DNA from: an uncultured Chloroflexia bacterium
GTDB lineage: Bacteria; Chloroflexota; Limnocylindria; Limnocylindrales; CSP1-4
Direction of reading: 5' to 3'
Assembly: GCA_963829155.1 (NCBI GenBank)
Contig: CAWHIA010000012.1
Location: 140,357-204,356, forward strand
DNA: 64,000 nucleotides
The position numbers and the translations under genes were made by a program. The notes beneath the pieces were generated by a model. It saw nothing but the letters and a program-made list of their open reading frames with translations. It was not told where the DNA came from and did not search any database. Within the stretch, counting starts at the first letter, position 1; each line of letters starts with the position of its first letter. Of this stretch, positions 31,836 to 40,703 are shown piece by piece.

Positions 31836-32294
31836 GTGCCGCTGTCCGGCGAGTACGCGCCCAGTCGCGCCGCAGTGGCGCGCAAGCAGGCCGAGATCTA
31901 CGAGGCCACTGGCGGGACCGAGGCCGCTGACCTGCGCGGGCGGCCGATCATCGTCCTCACCTCGGTCGGCGCGAAGACCGGCAAGCTGCGCAAGACCGCG
32001 CTGATGCGGGTCGAGCACGACGGCGCCTATGCGGTCGTCGCGTCGCTCGGTGGCGCGCCCAGGCACCCGGTCTGGTACTTCAACGTGCGCAAGGAGCCCC
32101 ACGTGGAGCTCCAGGACGGCACGGTGAAGCGCGACTACCTCGCCCGTGAGGTGACCGGCGACGAGAAGGCGGTCTGGTGGGGGCGCGCGGTCGAGACCTG
32201 GCCCGACTACGCCAGGTACCAGCAGAAGACCGAGCGCCAGATCCCGGTGTTCGTCCTGGAGCCGCTGCCGTCGGAGCCTGTCCGACGCAAATGA
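31836..32294 (+). CDS. nitroreductase-family deazaflavin (F420)-dependent oxidoreductase (DUF385), tandem paralog
   Basis: [14 protein letters not shown]..., [19 protein letters not shown] motifs. Confidence 0.8.
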   Translation: MPLSGEYAPSRAAVARKQAEIYEATGGTEAADLRGRPIIVLTSVGAKTGKLRKTALMRVEHDGAYAVVASLGGAPRHPVWYFNVRKEPHVELQDGTVKRDYLAREVTGDEKAVWWGRAVETWPDYARYQQKTERQIPVFVLEPLPSEPVRRK

Positions 32295-32405
32295 AGGGCC
32301 GACCGAGGTCGGCATAGTGAGCCCGCTCGATGCGCGGACGGTCCCTTTAGGCCGAGGCTGATGGGCGTCAAGACGACGTGATCAACGCCTCTCGAGAGGG
32401 ACCAG

Positions 32406-33254
32406 ATGACCGTGATGCCCGCAGCCGCTCCCACCATCGCCCCCCTGCTCGCGCCTGACCTCGCCGTGGTCAAGCAGCGCCAGCAGGCGACGTGGTCGAG
32501 CGGCGACTACCACATGATCGGGACCCAGATCCAAGTCGTCTCCGAGCTCATGATCGAGGCGCTCGACGTCCACTCGAACGAGCGCGTGCTCGACGTCGCG
32601 ACGGGCAGCGGCAACGCGGCCCTCGCCGCCGCTCGCCGCGGGTGCGACGTCATCGGCGTCGACTACGTCCCGTCTCTGCTCGCCCGCGCGCGGCGGCGTG
32701 CCGACGCCGAGGGCCTGCCTGCCGAGTTCGTCGAGGGCGATGCCGAGGCGCTGCCGTTCCGCGACGGGCGGTTCGACGTCGTCAGCTCGGTGTTCGGCGC
32801 GATGTTCGCCCCCGACCAGGAGCGGACCGCGTCCGAGCTGGTCCGGGTCTGCCGCGCCGGCGGTCGCATCGGCCTCGTCGCCCACACGCCCGACGGCTTC
32901 ATCGGGCAGCTGTTCAAAGTGGTCGGGCGCCATGTCCCGCCCCCGGCGGGCGTGCGCTCGCCGATCCAGTGGGGCACCGAGGCGCGCCTGCGCGAGCTGT
33001 TCGGGGACGCCATCGGCGGGCTGCGCACCGCAAAGCGGTTGTACGTCTTCCGCTATCGCTCGCCCGAGGTGTACCTCGACTACTGGCGGCGGTTCTATGG
33101 CCCGACGCTCAAGGCGTTCGAGGCGGTCGGCGAGGACGGGCGAGAGGCGCTCGAGCAGGACCTGCTTCAGCTGATCGCCACCTTCAACCGGGCCGACGAC
33201 GGCACGATGGTCGTCCCGACGGAATACCTCGAGGCGGTCATCGTCAAGCGGTAG
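32406..33254 (+). CDS. class I SAM-dependent methyltransferase
   Basis: VLDVATGSGNAAL motif I, FDVVSSVFG. Confidence 0.85.
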   Translation: MTVMPAAAPTIAPLLAPDLAVVKQRQQATWSSGDYHMIGTQIQVVSELMIEALDVHSNERVLDVATGSGNAALAAARRGCDVIGVDYVPSLLARARRRADAEGLPAEFVEGDAEALPFRDGRFDVVSSVFGAMFAPDQERTASELVRVCRAGGRIGLVAHTPDGFIGQLFKVVGRHVPPPAGVRSPIQWGTEARLRELFGDAIGGLRTAKRLYVFRYRSPEVYLDYWRRFYGPTLKAFEAVGEDGREALEQDLLQLIATFNRADDGTMVVPTEYLEAVIVKR

Positions 33255-33331
33255 CCGTCGCGCTGTGGACGGCGCGCCAGGACCGCATCCGGCGCCGGTC
33301 GAGCCCATCCGCTCGGCCGGCGTCATCATTC

Positions 33332-34093
33332 TCAGCCGCCCAGAGACCCTGTGCCGCCTGCCTCGCGCATGTGGCGGTCGGTCATCGGCGCCGTCTTGGC
33401 CATCCCGTTGACGGTCTCGAGCACGAGGCGCACGGCCACCCCCGGGTCGATCGCCTGCCGGACGCGAGCGAGCTCCACGACCAGCGCGAAGGCGCAGGTG
33501 TGCGGCCACTCGGCCGCGGGAATCTGGTGCTCGGCGAAGATCGCGCGCACGCCGGCCCGCAGCTCGTACGCCTGGCGCAGGGGCGAGACGAACGGACGAT
33601 GCGCCTCCGGCACGCTCAGTGGCACGAACCCCCACGGGACCCCTGCCGCCCCGTTGCCGCCGACTGCGGCGACGAACAGCCGGATCGGCTCGTCGAGCGG
33701 CGGGAAGTCCTCCGCCGTGTAGCCCTGAGCGAGCGCACCGCCGCGGATGATCCCGAACACGCTCGTGGCGGCGGAGCCCCAGTCCCGCGCGTCCGCGACG
33801 AGGATCGCGTTGACCCGGTCGGACAGGATGGCGGCGCCCGGAGCGAACGTGTGGTGCTCGAGGTCGAAATCGCTCGCGGCGGCGATGCAGGCCTCGCCAC
33901 AGGCCGCCGCGGCGGCGCTCAGCAGGTCCTCGACGCGGATCCGCCCCTCCGCGTCGTGCACCTTCGACTCGTACATGGCGCTCAGGGCGTTGGTCGCCTC
34001 GCGCATCCCGTCGGGATCGTTGGGCGGCTGCTCCGGTGACGGCCGGCGCGCCTCCCGCTGGTCCCCCTTCGATCGACGGCCCAACAGCGGCAT
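33332..34093 (-). CDS. hypothetical protein (253 aa), no recognised domain
   Basis: Protein-like composition, no repeats; opposite-strand ORFs are low-complexity. Confidence 0.5.
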   Translation of the reverse strand: MPLLGRRSKGDQREARRPSPEQPPNDPDGMREATNALSAMYESKVHDAEGRIRVEDLLSAAAAACGEACIAAASDFDLEHHTFAPGAAILSDRVNAILVADARDWGSAATSVFGIIRGGALAQGYTAEDFPPLDEPIRLFVAAVGGNGAAGVPWGFVPLSVPEAHRPFVSPLRQAYELRAGVRAIFAEHQIPAAEWPHTCAFALVVELARVRQAIDPGVAVRLVLETVNGMAKTAPMTDRHMREAGGTGSLGG

Positions 34094-34193
34094 GCGATCT
34101 CCCCTCCTGCGGTGCCGCCCACACTACGCGCCCCGTGCCGGGTGGTTGACGCCCGCCCACTAGGGAACACGCCGCATCGGCTACCGTCGTCGA

Positions 34194-34541
34194 GTGAGCC
34201 CCATCGACATCGGTCGCGCGATCGAGGTCTCGACCGAGGCCGAGCTGGATGCCTGGCTGGCCGACCACGGCACCGCGGCGACCGACGTCGTCATCGCGAT
34301 CCACAACCGCGCGTCGGGTCACCAGACGGTGAGCCTCGTCGCGTTGCAGGAGGTCGCGCTGTGCCACGGCTGGGTCGACACCCAGACGAAGCACATCGAC
34401 GAGGCGCGCTACGCGATCCGCTTCGTGCCGCGGCGCCCGCGTTCGAACTGGTCCGAGAAGAACCGCGAGATGGCCCGGCGCCTGCTTGACGCGGGGCGGC
34501 TGACCGAGGAGGGTCGGCGAACGTTGCCCCCTGACCTGTGA
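34194..34541 (+). CDS. YdeI/OmpD-associated family protein
   Basis: DVVIAIHNRASGHQTVSLVALQEVALCHGWVDTQ motif. Confidence 0.7.
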   Translation: MSPIDIGRAIEVSTEAELDAWLADHGTAATDVVIAIHNRASGHQTVSLVALQEVALCHGWVDTQTKHIDEARYAIRFVPRRPRSNWSEKNREMARRLLDAGRLTEEGRRTLPPDL

Positions 34542-34619
34542 CCGGCGCGCATCGCTTCGGCGCGACTCGGCGGCCCGACCCGGGATGCGCCCCCGGAATG
34601 GCGCTACCGCGAGTAGGGG

Positions 34620-35024
34620 TCAGACGCCCGCGGGCTGCGTGGTCTCCACGAACGGCGCCCGCCACGCGGGTGCCTCGAACGGGTTCGCGAAGTACTCGGT
34701 CATCCGCGCGACCTTGCCCTCTCGGACCTCGCCGACGCCCACGTACCTGACGGGGATCCCGTCGCCGTAGTCGATCGTGCCCTCGAGCACGAACAGGTCG
34801 CCGCCGCCGAGCATCCGGCCGGATGTGAACCTCGGCGTGGTGCCCGACATCTCGGGGTACTTCTCGGCGAGCTTCAGCGAGGCCTCCTTCGACAGGCGCT
34901 CGCCGGACTGCGGCCACACCTGCATGAAGTCGTCGGTCGCGTACTGCTGGACCAGCTGCGTCATCTGCGCGAAGTCGCCGGCCTTCATGGCCGCGTCGAT
35001 CTTCCCCGCCAGCTCCATCACGTC
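34620..35024 (-). CDS. nuclear transport factor 2 (SnoaL-like) family protein, paralog of 11557-12069
   Basis: ATG 35024 with GGAGGCGAATCG RBS; C-terminal FEAPAWRAPF motif. Confidence 0.65.
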   Translation of the reverse strand, partial: DVMELAGKIDAAMKAGDFAQMTQLVQQYATDDFMQVWPQSGERLSKEASLKLAEKYPEMSGTTPRFTSGRMLGGGDLFVLEGTIDYGDGIPVRYVGVGEVREGKVARMTEYFANPFEAPAWRAPFVETTQPAGV

Positions 35025-35151
35025 GCCCATCGATTCGCCTCCTTGTGTTGGGCGCTCACAGTGGACCGCGCCGGGGCTCATCGCAAGGCGGTTGTCCACC
35101 GTTTCGGCGGCGATCCGGCGGCCGGGCCGTTGCCGCGCCGATCGGCGGCGA

Positions 35152-36111
35152 TCAGCCGACGGCGAAGCGTGCCGTCGCCTCGAGCACCAGGCGGTCCATC
35201 TCCTCGTCGCCCGTGTGGCCACCCGGGATGAACGTCAGCTCGGCGCCGGGCCACGCCTGCGCGAGCTGCCACGCCACGTCGGGCGGGCCAGACAGGTCCA
35301 GCCGGCCATGGAGCAGGACGGCGGGGATCCCGGCCAGCTTGTGGGCGTTGCGGAGCAGCTCGTCCTCCTCGAGGAACGCGGCGTGCGCGAAGTAGTGGGT
35401 CACGAGGCGCGCGAACCCGATCCGATACCGCTCGTCGGCCCAGCCCGGGTGCGGGACCTCGTAGCCCTCCTCGAGCGACAGGATCGCGTCCTCCCAGGCC
35501 GTCCAGTCGAGCGAGGCCTGGATGCGCACGGCGGGGTCGGCCGTGCCGTTCAGCAGCCGGTCGTACGCCGCGACGAGGTCGCCCCGGTCGGCCTCGGGCA
35601 CGGCGTCGCGGAAGCGCGCCCACTGCTCGGGAAAGAAGCGCCCGGTCTCGTGCGCCAGCCAGTGCACGTCGGCCCGGCGCGTCATCGTGATCGACAGCAG
35701 GATCATCTCGGTGACGCGCTCCGGGAACCGCTCCGCGTACGCGAGCGCGAGCGTCACGCCCCACGACGCGCCCCACACGAGCCATCGCTCGATGCCCAGG
35801 TGCTCGCGCAGCCGCTCGATGTCGGCGATCAGGTGGTGGGTCGTGTTCGTGGACAGGTCCGTGGCGAGATCGCCGGCGTGCGGCGTGCTCAGGCCGCAGC
35901 CTCGCTGGTCGAGCTGGATCAGGCGATAGCGCTCCGGGTCGAACCACCTTCGCCGGCCGGGGCTGCTGCCGCTGCCGGGTCCGCCGTGGAGCGCGATCGC
36001 GGGCCTGCCGTCCGGGTTGCCCGACGACTCCCAGTAGATCGACTGGCCGTCGCCGACGTCGAGCATCCCGGACGCGTACGGCTCGATCGGCGGGAACGGG
36101 CGCGGTCGCAT
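35152..36111 (-). CDS. pip: proline iminopeptidase (prolyl aminopeptidase, S33)
   Basis: LHGGPGSG, GASWGVTLALAYA nucleophile elbow, full alpha/beta hydrolase. Confidence 0.9.
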   Translation of the reverse strand: MRPRPFPPIEPYASGMLDVGDGQSIYWESSGNPDGRPAIALHGGPGSGSSPGRRRWFDPERYRLIQLDQRGCGLSTPHAGDLATDLSTNTTHHLIADIERLREHLGIERWLVWGASWGVTLALAYAERFPERVTEMILLSITMTRRADVHWLAHETGRFFPEQWARFRDAVPEADRGDLVAAYDRLLNGTADPAVRIQASLDWTAWEDAILSLEEGYEVPHPGWADERYRIGFARLVTHYFAHAAFLEEDELLRNAHKLAGIPAVLLHGRLDLSGPPDVAWQLAQAWPGAELTFIPGGHTGDEEMDRLVLEATARFAVG

Positions 36112-36189
36112 CGGCCGATGATGCCATCGGCCGGGCGACGCCGGACGGTCGTCGGGCGACGCCGGCGGGCCGCGCCTACAGGCCTGTGA

Positions 36190-36624
36190 TCAGCCCTCGC
36201 CTGCCGGCTTGATCCGGATCATCGGGATCAATCGTCCGGTCTGCTTCGGGTAGTCCGCGAAGTTCGGCAGCTTGGCCACGTGCTGGTCCCACAGGCGGTC
36301 GCGCTCGGGGCCGTCGGCGATCACCGTCGCGGTCGCCGCGCCGGTGCGGTTCTGGACCTCGATCGCGACGTCGGGATGGGCCTCGACGTTGTGCACCCAC
36401 GCGGGCGTCGTCGTCGACCCGCCGGCCGTGCCGGCCACCACGTAGTCGCCGCCGTCCTCCGACCAGGTGAGGATCGCCCGGCGCGCCTCGCCGCTCTTCG
36501 CCCCGGTCGTGGTCATGATCAGCAGCGGATGGCCGGCGAGCGGGCCGCTGGTCACAGCCCCGTCGTGCGCCCGCATATCGGCGATCATCGCGTTCTCGAA
36601 CGCGTCCCTGTCCCAGTCCGTCAT
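36190..36624 (-). CDS. nitroreductase-family deazaflavin (F420)-dependent oxidoreductase (DUF385)
   Basis: ATG 36624 with AAGGGAG RBS; LLIMTTTGAKSGEARR, PAWVHNVEAHPDVAIEV motifs. Confidence 0.8.
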   Translation of the reverse strand: MTDWDRDAFENAMIADMRAHDGAVTSGPLAGHPLLIMTTTGAKSGEARRAILTWSEDGGDYVVAGTAGGSTTTPAWVHNVEAHPDVAIEVQNRTGAATATVIADGPERDRLWDQHVAKLPNFADYPKQTGRLIPMIRIKPAGEG

Positions 36625-36726
36625 CGTCGCGCTCCCTTGCCGCCGGGCGGCTCGCTGAAAAAGTTGCTCACGCAACGATGCCACGGGCCGTCGATCCGCG
36701 CCAGCACGCGGACTATCGTGTGCCGA

Positions 36727-37137
36727 ATGACCGAGTTCCCGGCGCCCGACACCGAGATCACGCACATCCTGATCGTCGACGACGTCGGGCGGTCCAGGGC
36801 GTGGTACCTCGACGTGCTCGGCGCCAGCCCGTATCGCGAGTACGGCGGGACCTCCGTCGTGCTGCGCTTCGCGGGCGCCTGGCTGCTGCTCACGACGGGC
36901 GGCCCGCCGACCGACGACAAGCCGGGCGTGACGCTCGCCGCGCCACGCGAGCCTGCGACGGTCGACCACCTGTTCACGATCCGCGTCGACGACTGTCAGG
37001 CGGTGTACGAGACGCTCCGCGCCCGCGGTGCGACCTTCCTTACGCCGCCCGTGACGTCCGGCGCCGAGACGCGGGCGTTTTTCCGGGACCCGGACGGTCA
37101 CCTGTTCGAGATCAGCGAGTACCGCACCTCCGGCTAG
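36727..37137 (+). CDS. VOC family protein
   Basis: ATG 36727; HILIVDDVGRSRAWY..., FRDPDGHLFEI. Confidence 0.75.
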   Translation: MTEFPAPDTEITHILIVDDVGRSRAWYLDVLGASPYREYGGTSVVLRFAGAWLLLTTGGPPTDDKPGVTLAAPREPATVDHLFTIRVDDCQAVYETLRARGATFLTPPVTSGAETRAFFRDPDGHLFEISEYRTSG

Positions 37138-37146
37138 CATCTGGCG

Positions 37147-37575
37147 ATGACCCGGGCGCCCAGGCTCCACGCCATCCGGCCGTTCACGATGCGGGTCGTC
37201 AACCCCGTGACCCGGCGGTTCGCCGGCTGGCTGCCCGGCTTCGGGCTGCTGACCCACGTCGGCCGCACCTCGGGCCGCGCCTACGTCACGCCGATCAACG
37301 TGTTCCGGCGTGGCGACCGCTACCTGATCGCGCTCACCTACGGGTCCGGGGTGCAGTGGGTCCGGAACGTGCTGGCGGCGGGCGGCTGCACGCTCCGCAC
37401 GCGCGGCCGGGACGTCCGCCTCGCGGGTCCGGAGCTGATCGTGGACGCGAAGCTCACGCTCCTGCCCCTGCCGGTCCGCCTGTTTCTGCGTCCGATGCGC
37501 GTGACCGAGGTCCTGCGTCTGCGCGCGGACGGCTCGCCGGAACCCGAGCCGGCGCCCGCCCCTACTCCCAGTTGA
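37147..37575 (+). CDS. nitroreductase-family deazaflavin (F420)-dependent oxidoreductase (DUF385)
   Basis: LLTHVGRTSGRAYVTPINVF, GSGVQWVRNV motifs. Confidence 0.75.
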   Translation: MTRAPRLHAIRPFTMRVVNPVTRRFAGWLPGFGLLTHVGRTSGRAYVTPINVFRRGDRYLIALTYGSGVQWVRNVLAAGGCTLRTRGRDVRLAGPELIVDAKLTLLPLPVRLFLRPMRVTEVLRLRADGSPEPEPAPAPTPS

Positions 37576-39536
37576 TCGAGGAGACCTTGACCGGCGCGCT
37601 GACGCCCTTGACGGTCACCTCGCGGACGTCGGTCGTGGCGACGTCGCCGGCGTCGGCGATGACGTCCGAGGTGGCGACGATCTCGCCTCCGCCGGCCAGC
37701 GCGGTCACGCGGGCGGTCACGTGGACCCCGATGCCCGAGTAGTCGTCGCCGCGCCGGTTGGCGTCGGCGGTATGCAGGCCGATCCGCACGGGGATCGCGA
37801 ACCCGGTGTCGTCGCGATGGTCGCGCAGCGCGCGCTGGATCGCGATCGCGCCGTCGATCCCATGACGGGCGTCGTCGAACGCGGCGAAGAACCCGTCACC
37901 GGTCGACTTGACGATCTCGCCGCCGGCCTTGCCGATGACCCCCCGCAGCGTGTCGTTGTGCCAGCGCAGCAGGCGCTCCCAGCTCGCATCGCCGAGCGCC
38001 TCGGCGAGCGCCGTGGACCCGACGATGTCCGTGAACATGAACGTCTTCCGCACGGGCGCGGCGCCCGACCGCCGCTCCTCGGCGGCGCGCAGGGCCCGTT
38101 CCGCCGCCGCCGCGTCAACCGCTGCGCCGAGCCGGCGGAACTCCTCGAGGGCGGCCCGCAGCTCGAGGTCGGCGTCGTCCTCGTCGTCGAGCAGTCGAAG
38201 CGCTGATGACAGGACGGCACGGGCTCGCGCGATCTCGTACGGCGCCCGGACCTCGCGCCAGCCCCGGATGGCCAATCGGAGCGCCTGGCCGGCGGCGGCC
38301 CCGTCCCCTTCCGCAAGGAGGACCCGACCCAGGGCGACCTGGCGCCCGGCCTCGAGGGCAGGCGCCGGCTTGTCCGGCATCAGGCCGCCGAGCTCGTCGA
38401 CCGCCGCTCGAGCCAGCGAGACATCTCCGGCGGCCACGGCGATCTCCACCTGCGCCGGCAACAGCCGGCTGCGCGTCCAGCGGTCCCAGTCCGTCTCCGC
38501 GACGGCGGCGTTGATCCCGGTGAGCGCCGCCGCGGTCTTGCCCTGTGCGAGGCGGACGAGTGCGAGGGCCGGCTGGGGGGACTTGCCCCGGGCATGCGCC
38601 TCGCGCAGGGCGTCCTCGGCGCCGGCGAAGTCGCCGCGGAGCCGCCGGATGTCTCCGATGGCGTAGTAGCCCTCGGCCTGGTTCGGAACCGCGTTGTAGC
38701 CGCCGAGCTCGTCGGTCGCCCCGATAAGGTCCTGCTCGGCGGTGTCCCACGCGCCGTGGATCGCCTTGACCTCGGCCCGGTGGATGCGGCAGACGCCTGG
38801 GAACCCGGACACGGACTGGCGCTTGCAGTACGACTCCGTGGCCTCGATCCACTCGGTGGCTCGTTGGTAGTCCGTCAGGTCGCGGCAGGCCGAGATCATC
38901 CGGCAGCAGGTGATCCCGCTCGCGACCGGGGACAGCTCGTCATTGACGGCGGCGATCGACGCCGCCTCCATCAACGCGAACCCGCTCTCTGTATCCCCGC
39001 TCGAGATCTTGAGGAACCCGAGATTCGTCTGCGCGAAGGCCGTCAGGTCCGCATCCGAGACTCGGTCGCCGATCTCGACGCCCGCTCGGCGAGGGCGAGC
39101 GCCTCGTCGAGATTGCCGGCCATCGCCGCCAGCTCGCTGCGGAGCAAGCACGAGGAGTCCCGTGGACGTACGACTCGGGCAGGTCCTTGAGGTGCTGTTC
39201 TGCCTTGCGCATCCAGGCGGTGCCATCGAACGGCGGCCGGCCCAGAACTGCTCGTGGGCGATGTCGAGCGCGAGGTACGCGGCCCGGAGGACGATTGCCC
39301 TCCGAGACGTACGCGCGGTATGCCCGCTCCTTGACCTCGCTGCCGGTCTGCGCCTCGGCGGACATCGTCGCCGCCGTCGCCAGCGACTCGAGGTCGGCTC
39401 CATGCAGTGGGCTGGCCGCGTCCGCCTCGCCCAGGCGGTCGAACGCCTCGCGCCAGGCGTGCCGCTCGACGGCCGCCCGCCCGGCGACCAGCGCGTCGTC
39501 GGCCGGCGTTCCGGCCCGGATCGGCGTCTCGGCCAT
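37562..39536 (-). pseudogene. TPR-containing class III adenylate/guanylate cyclase, at least four frameshifts in 39080-39330
   Basis: N-terminus MAETPIRAG... (ORF 38940-39668 frame); segments EGNRP|RAIVLRAAYLALDIAHEQF|TAWMRKAEQHLKDLPESYVHGT|SCLLRSELAAMAGNLDEALALAERA|GVEIGDRVSDADLTAF... alternate among three frames; C-terminal CHD cyclase domain (FTDIVGSTALAE, GDGFFAAF) intact. Confidence 0.7.
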
Positions 39537-39595
39537 TCGCGGATTGTGACACCGACCCGGCAGCGACCCCTTGCGCCGGGTGCGAAGATGCGCGC

Positions 39596-39805
39596 ATGGT
39601 CGAGTACGGGAACGGGGTCGGGCACGCGACGGGCGCCGGCGGGGGCATCGGTGGCGGCGGCGGTGCAACGACGGACATCGGCGCGGGCGCCGAGAAGTTC
39701 GTCAACGACGCCGTGACCACGATCTCGGGGCTGCCGCCGACGACGCTGGTCCTGATCGTCGTGCTGATCTTCCTCGGCCTCATGATCCTGCGCCGGGCGT
39801 TCTGA
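39596..39805 (+). CDS. small glycine-rich protein with C-terminal TM anchor (69 aa)
   Basis: MVEYGNGVGHATGAGGGIGGGGGATTDIGAGAEKFVND...LVLIVVLIFLGLMILRRAF; between the two cyclase genes on opposite strand; weak RBS. Confidence 0.35.
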   Translation: MVEYGNGVGHATGAGGGIGGGGGATTDIGAGAEKFVNDAVTTISGLPPTTLVLIVVLIFLGLMILRRAF

Positions 39806-39839
39806 CCCGCCGATCGCCGGCGGATCTGCCGGCCCGCCG

Positions 39840-40703
39840 TCAGCCGGCCGGGCGGATCACCAGGACCTCGAGGCCTTCCTCTCGCCCACGCACCTCGACC
39901 GCGCGCCGCTCCAGCCCGTCCGCCGTGAGCCGCGCGTGCGACGCCGCGTCCGTGGACACGAGGAGCTCGCCCGCGGCCGCGAGTGACGCAAGGCGCGCGG
40001 TCGAGTTCACGACGTCGCCCAGCGCGGTGAAGTCGGAGATCTCGCCGCTGGCGCCCACGCTGCCGACGTATGCGACGCCGGTGTGGATGCCGGCGCCAAC
40101 CGGGATCGGGCCCGACGCCGCGGCATCGCGCCGGCTGACCGCCGCCAGCAACGCCCGGCCGGCCCCGATCGCCTTGGCGGCGTGGTCGCGGCCCGCGAAG
40201 CCGGGGATGAACAGCCCGATCGCCTCGTCACCCACGAACTTGTCCACGACCCCCTCGTGGTCCGCGATCGCCGCTGCCGCGATCCGGTAGAAGGCGTGGA
40301 GCAGCGCCGAGAACTCCGTCGGCCGCAGGTGCTCGCCGATCGCCGTCGACCCGCGGATGTCCGCGAACAGCAGCGAGATCTCGACCTCTGCGCCGCCCGG
40401 CCCCTGCTTGACCAGGCCCCCGATGCACGCCTTGCACAGCTGCGGGTTCTTCTCCCACGGACCGAACCACGGCTTGAGGACGAACCCGCCGATGCCGCCG
40501 AACGGCGCGTGGCACATCTTGCAGCGCGGCGGCGATGGTACCCGGCGGAAGTTCCGGCGCAGCGCCAGCGCCCGCGGGTTGTCGGGCGCGAGCATCTCGC
40601 GCCACTGCTTCTCGTTCGAGGGCGGGGGCGTCGTCACGCCGCGAGTGTAGGCGCGCCTGCGCAATGGTCGCGCCGGGCCGAGGCCGGTCCGGGCAGTGGT
40701 CAA
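39840..40703 (-). CDS. class III adenylate/guanylate cyclase with N-terminal Cys-rich (CxxC...CxxC) segment
   Basis: CKMCHAPF...LCKACIG then cyclase core (LLFADIRGSTAIGE, FVGDEAIGLF); TTG start 40703 overlaps upstream HK stop (TTGA); alternative GTG 40637. Confidence 0.75.
   Translation of the reverse strand: MTTARTGLGPARPLRRRAYTRGVTTPPPSNEKQWREMLAPDNPRALALRRNFRRVPSPPRCKMCHAPFGGIGGFVLKPWFGPWEKNPQLCKACIGGLVKQGPGGAEVEISLLFADIRGSTAIGEHLRPTEFSALLHAFYRIAAAAIADHEGVVDKFVGDEAIGLFIPGFAGRDHAAKAIGAGRALLAAVSRRDAAASGPIPVGAGIHTGVAYVGSVGASGEISDFTALGDVVNSTARLASLAAAGELLVSTDAASHARLTADGLERRAVEVRGREEGLEVLVIRPAG

Noticed and set aside
39571-40290. 239-aa + ORF between the cyclase genes
   Set aside because: Arg-rich antisense of the 39840-40703 cyclase. 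Only the short in-frame Gly-rich ORF 39596-39805 in a different frame is plausibly real.
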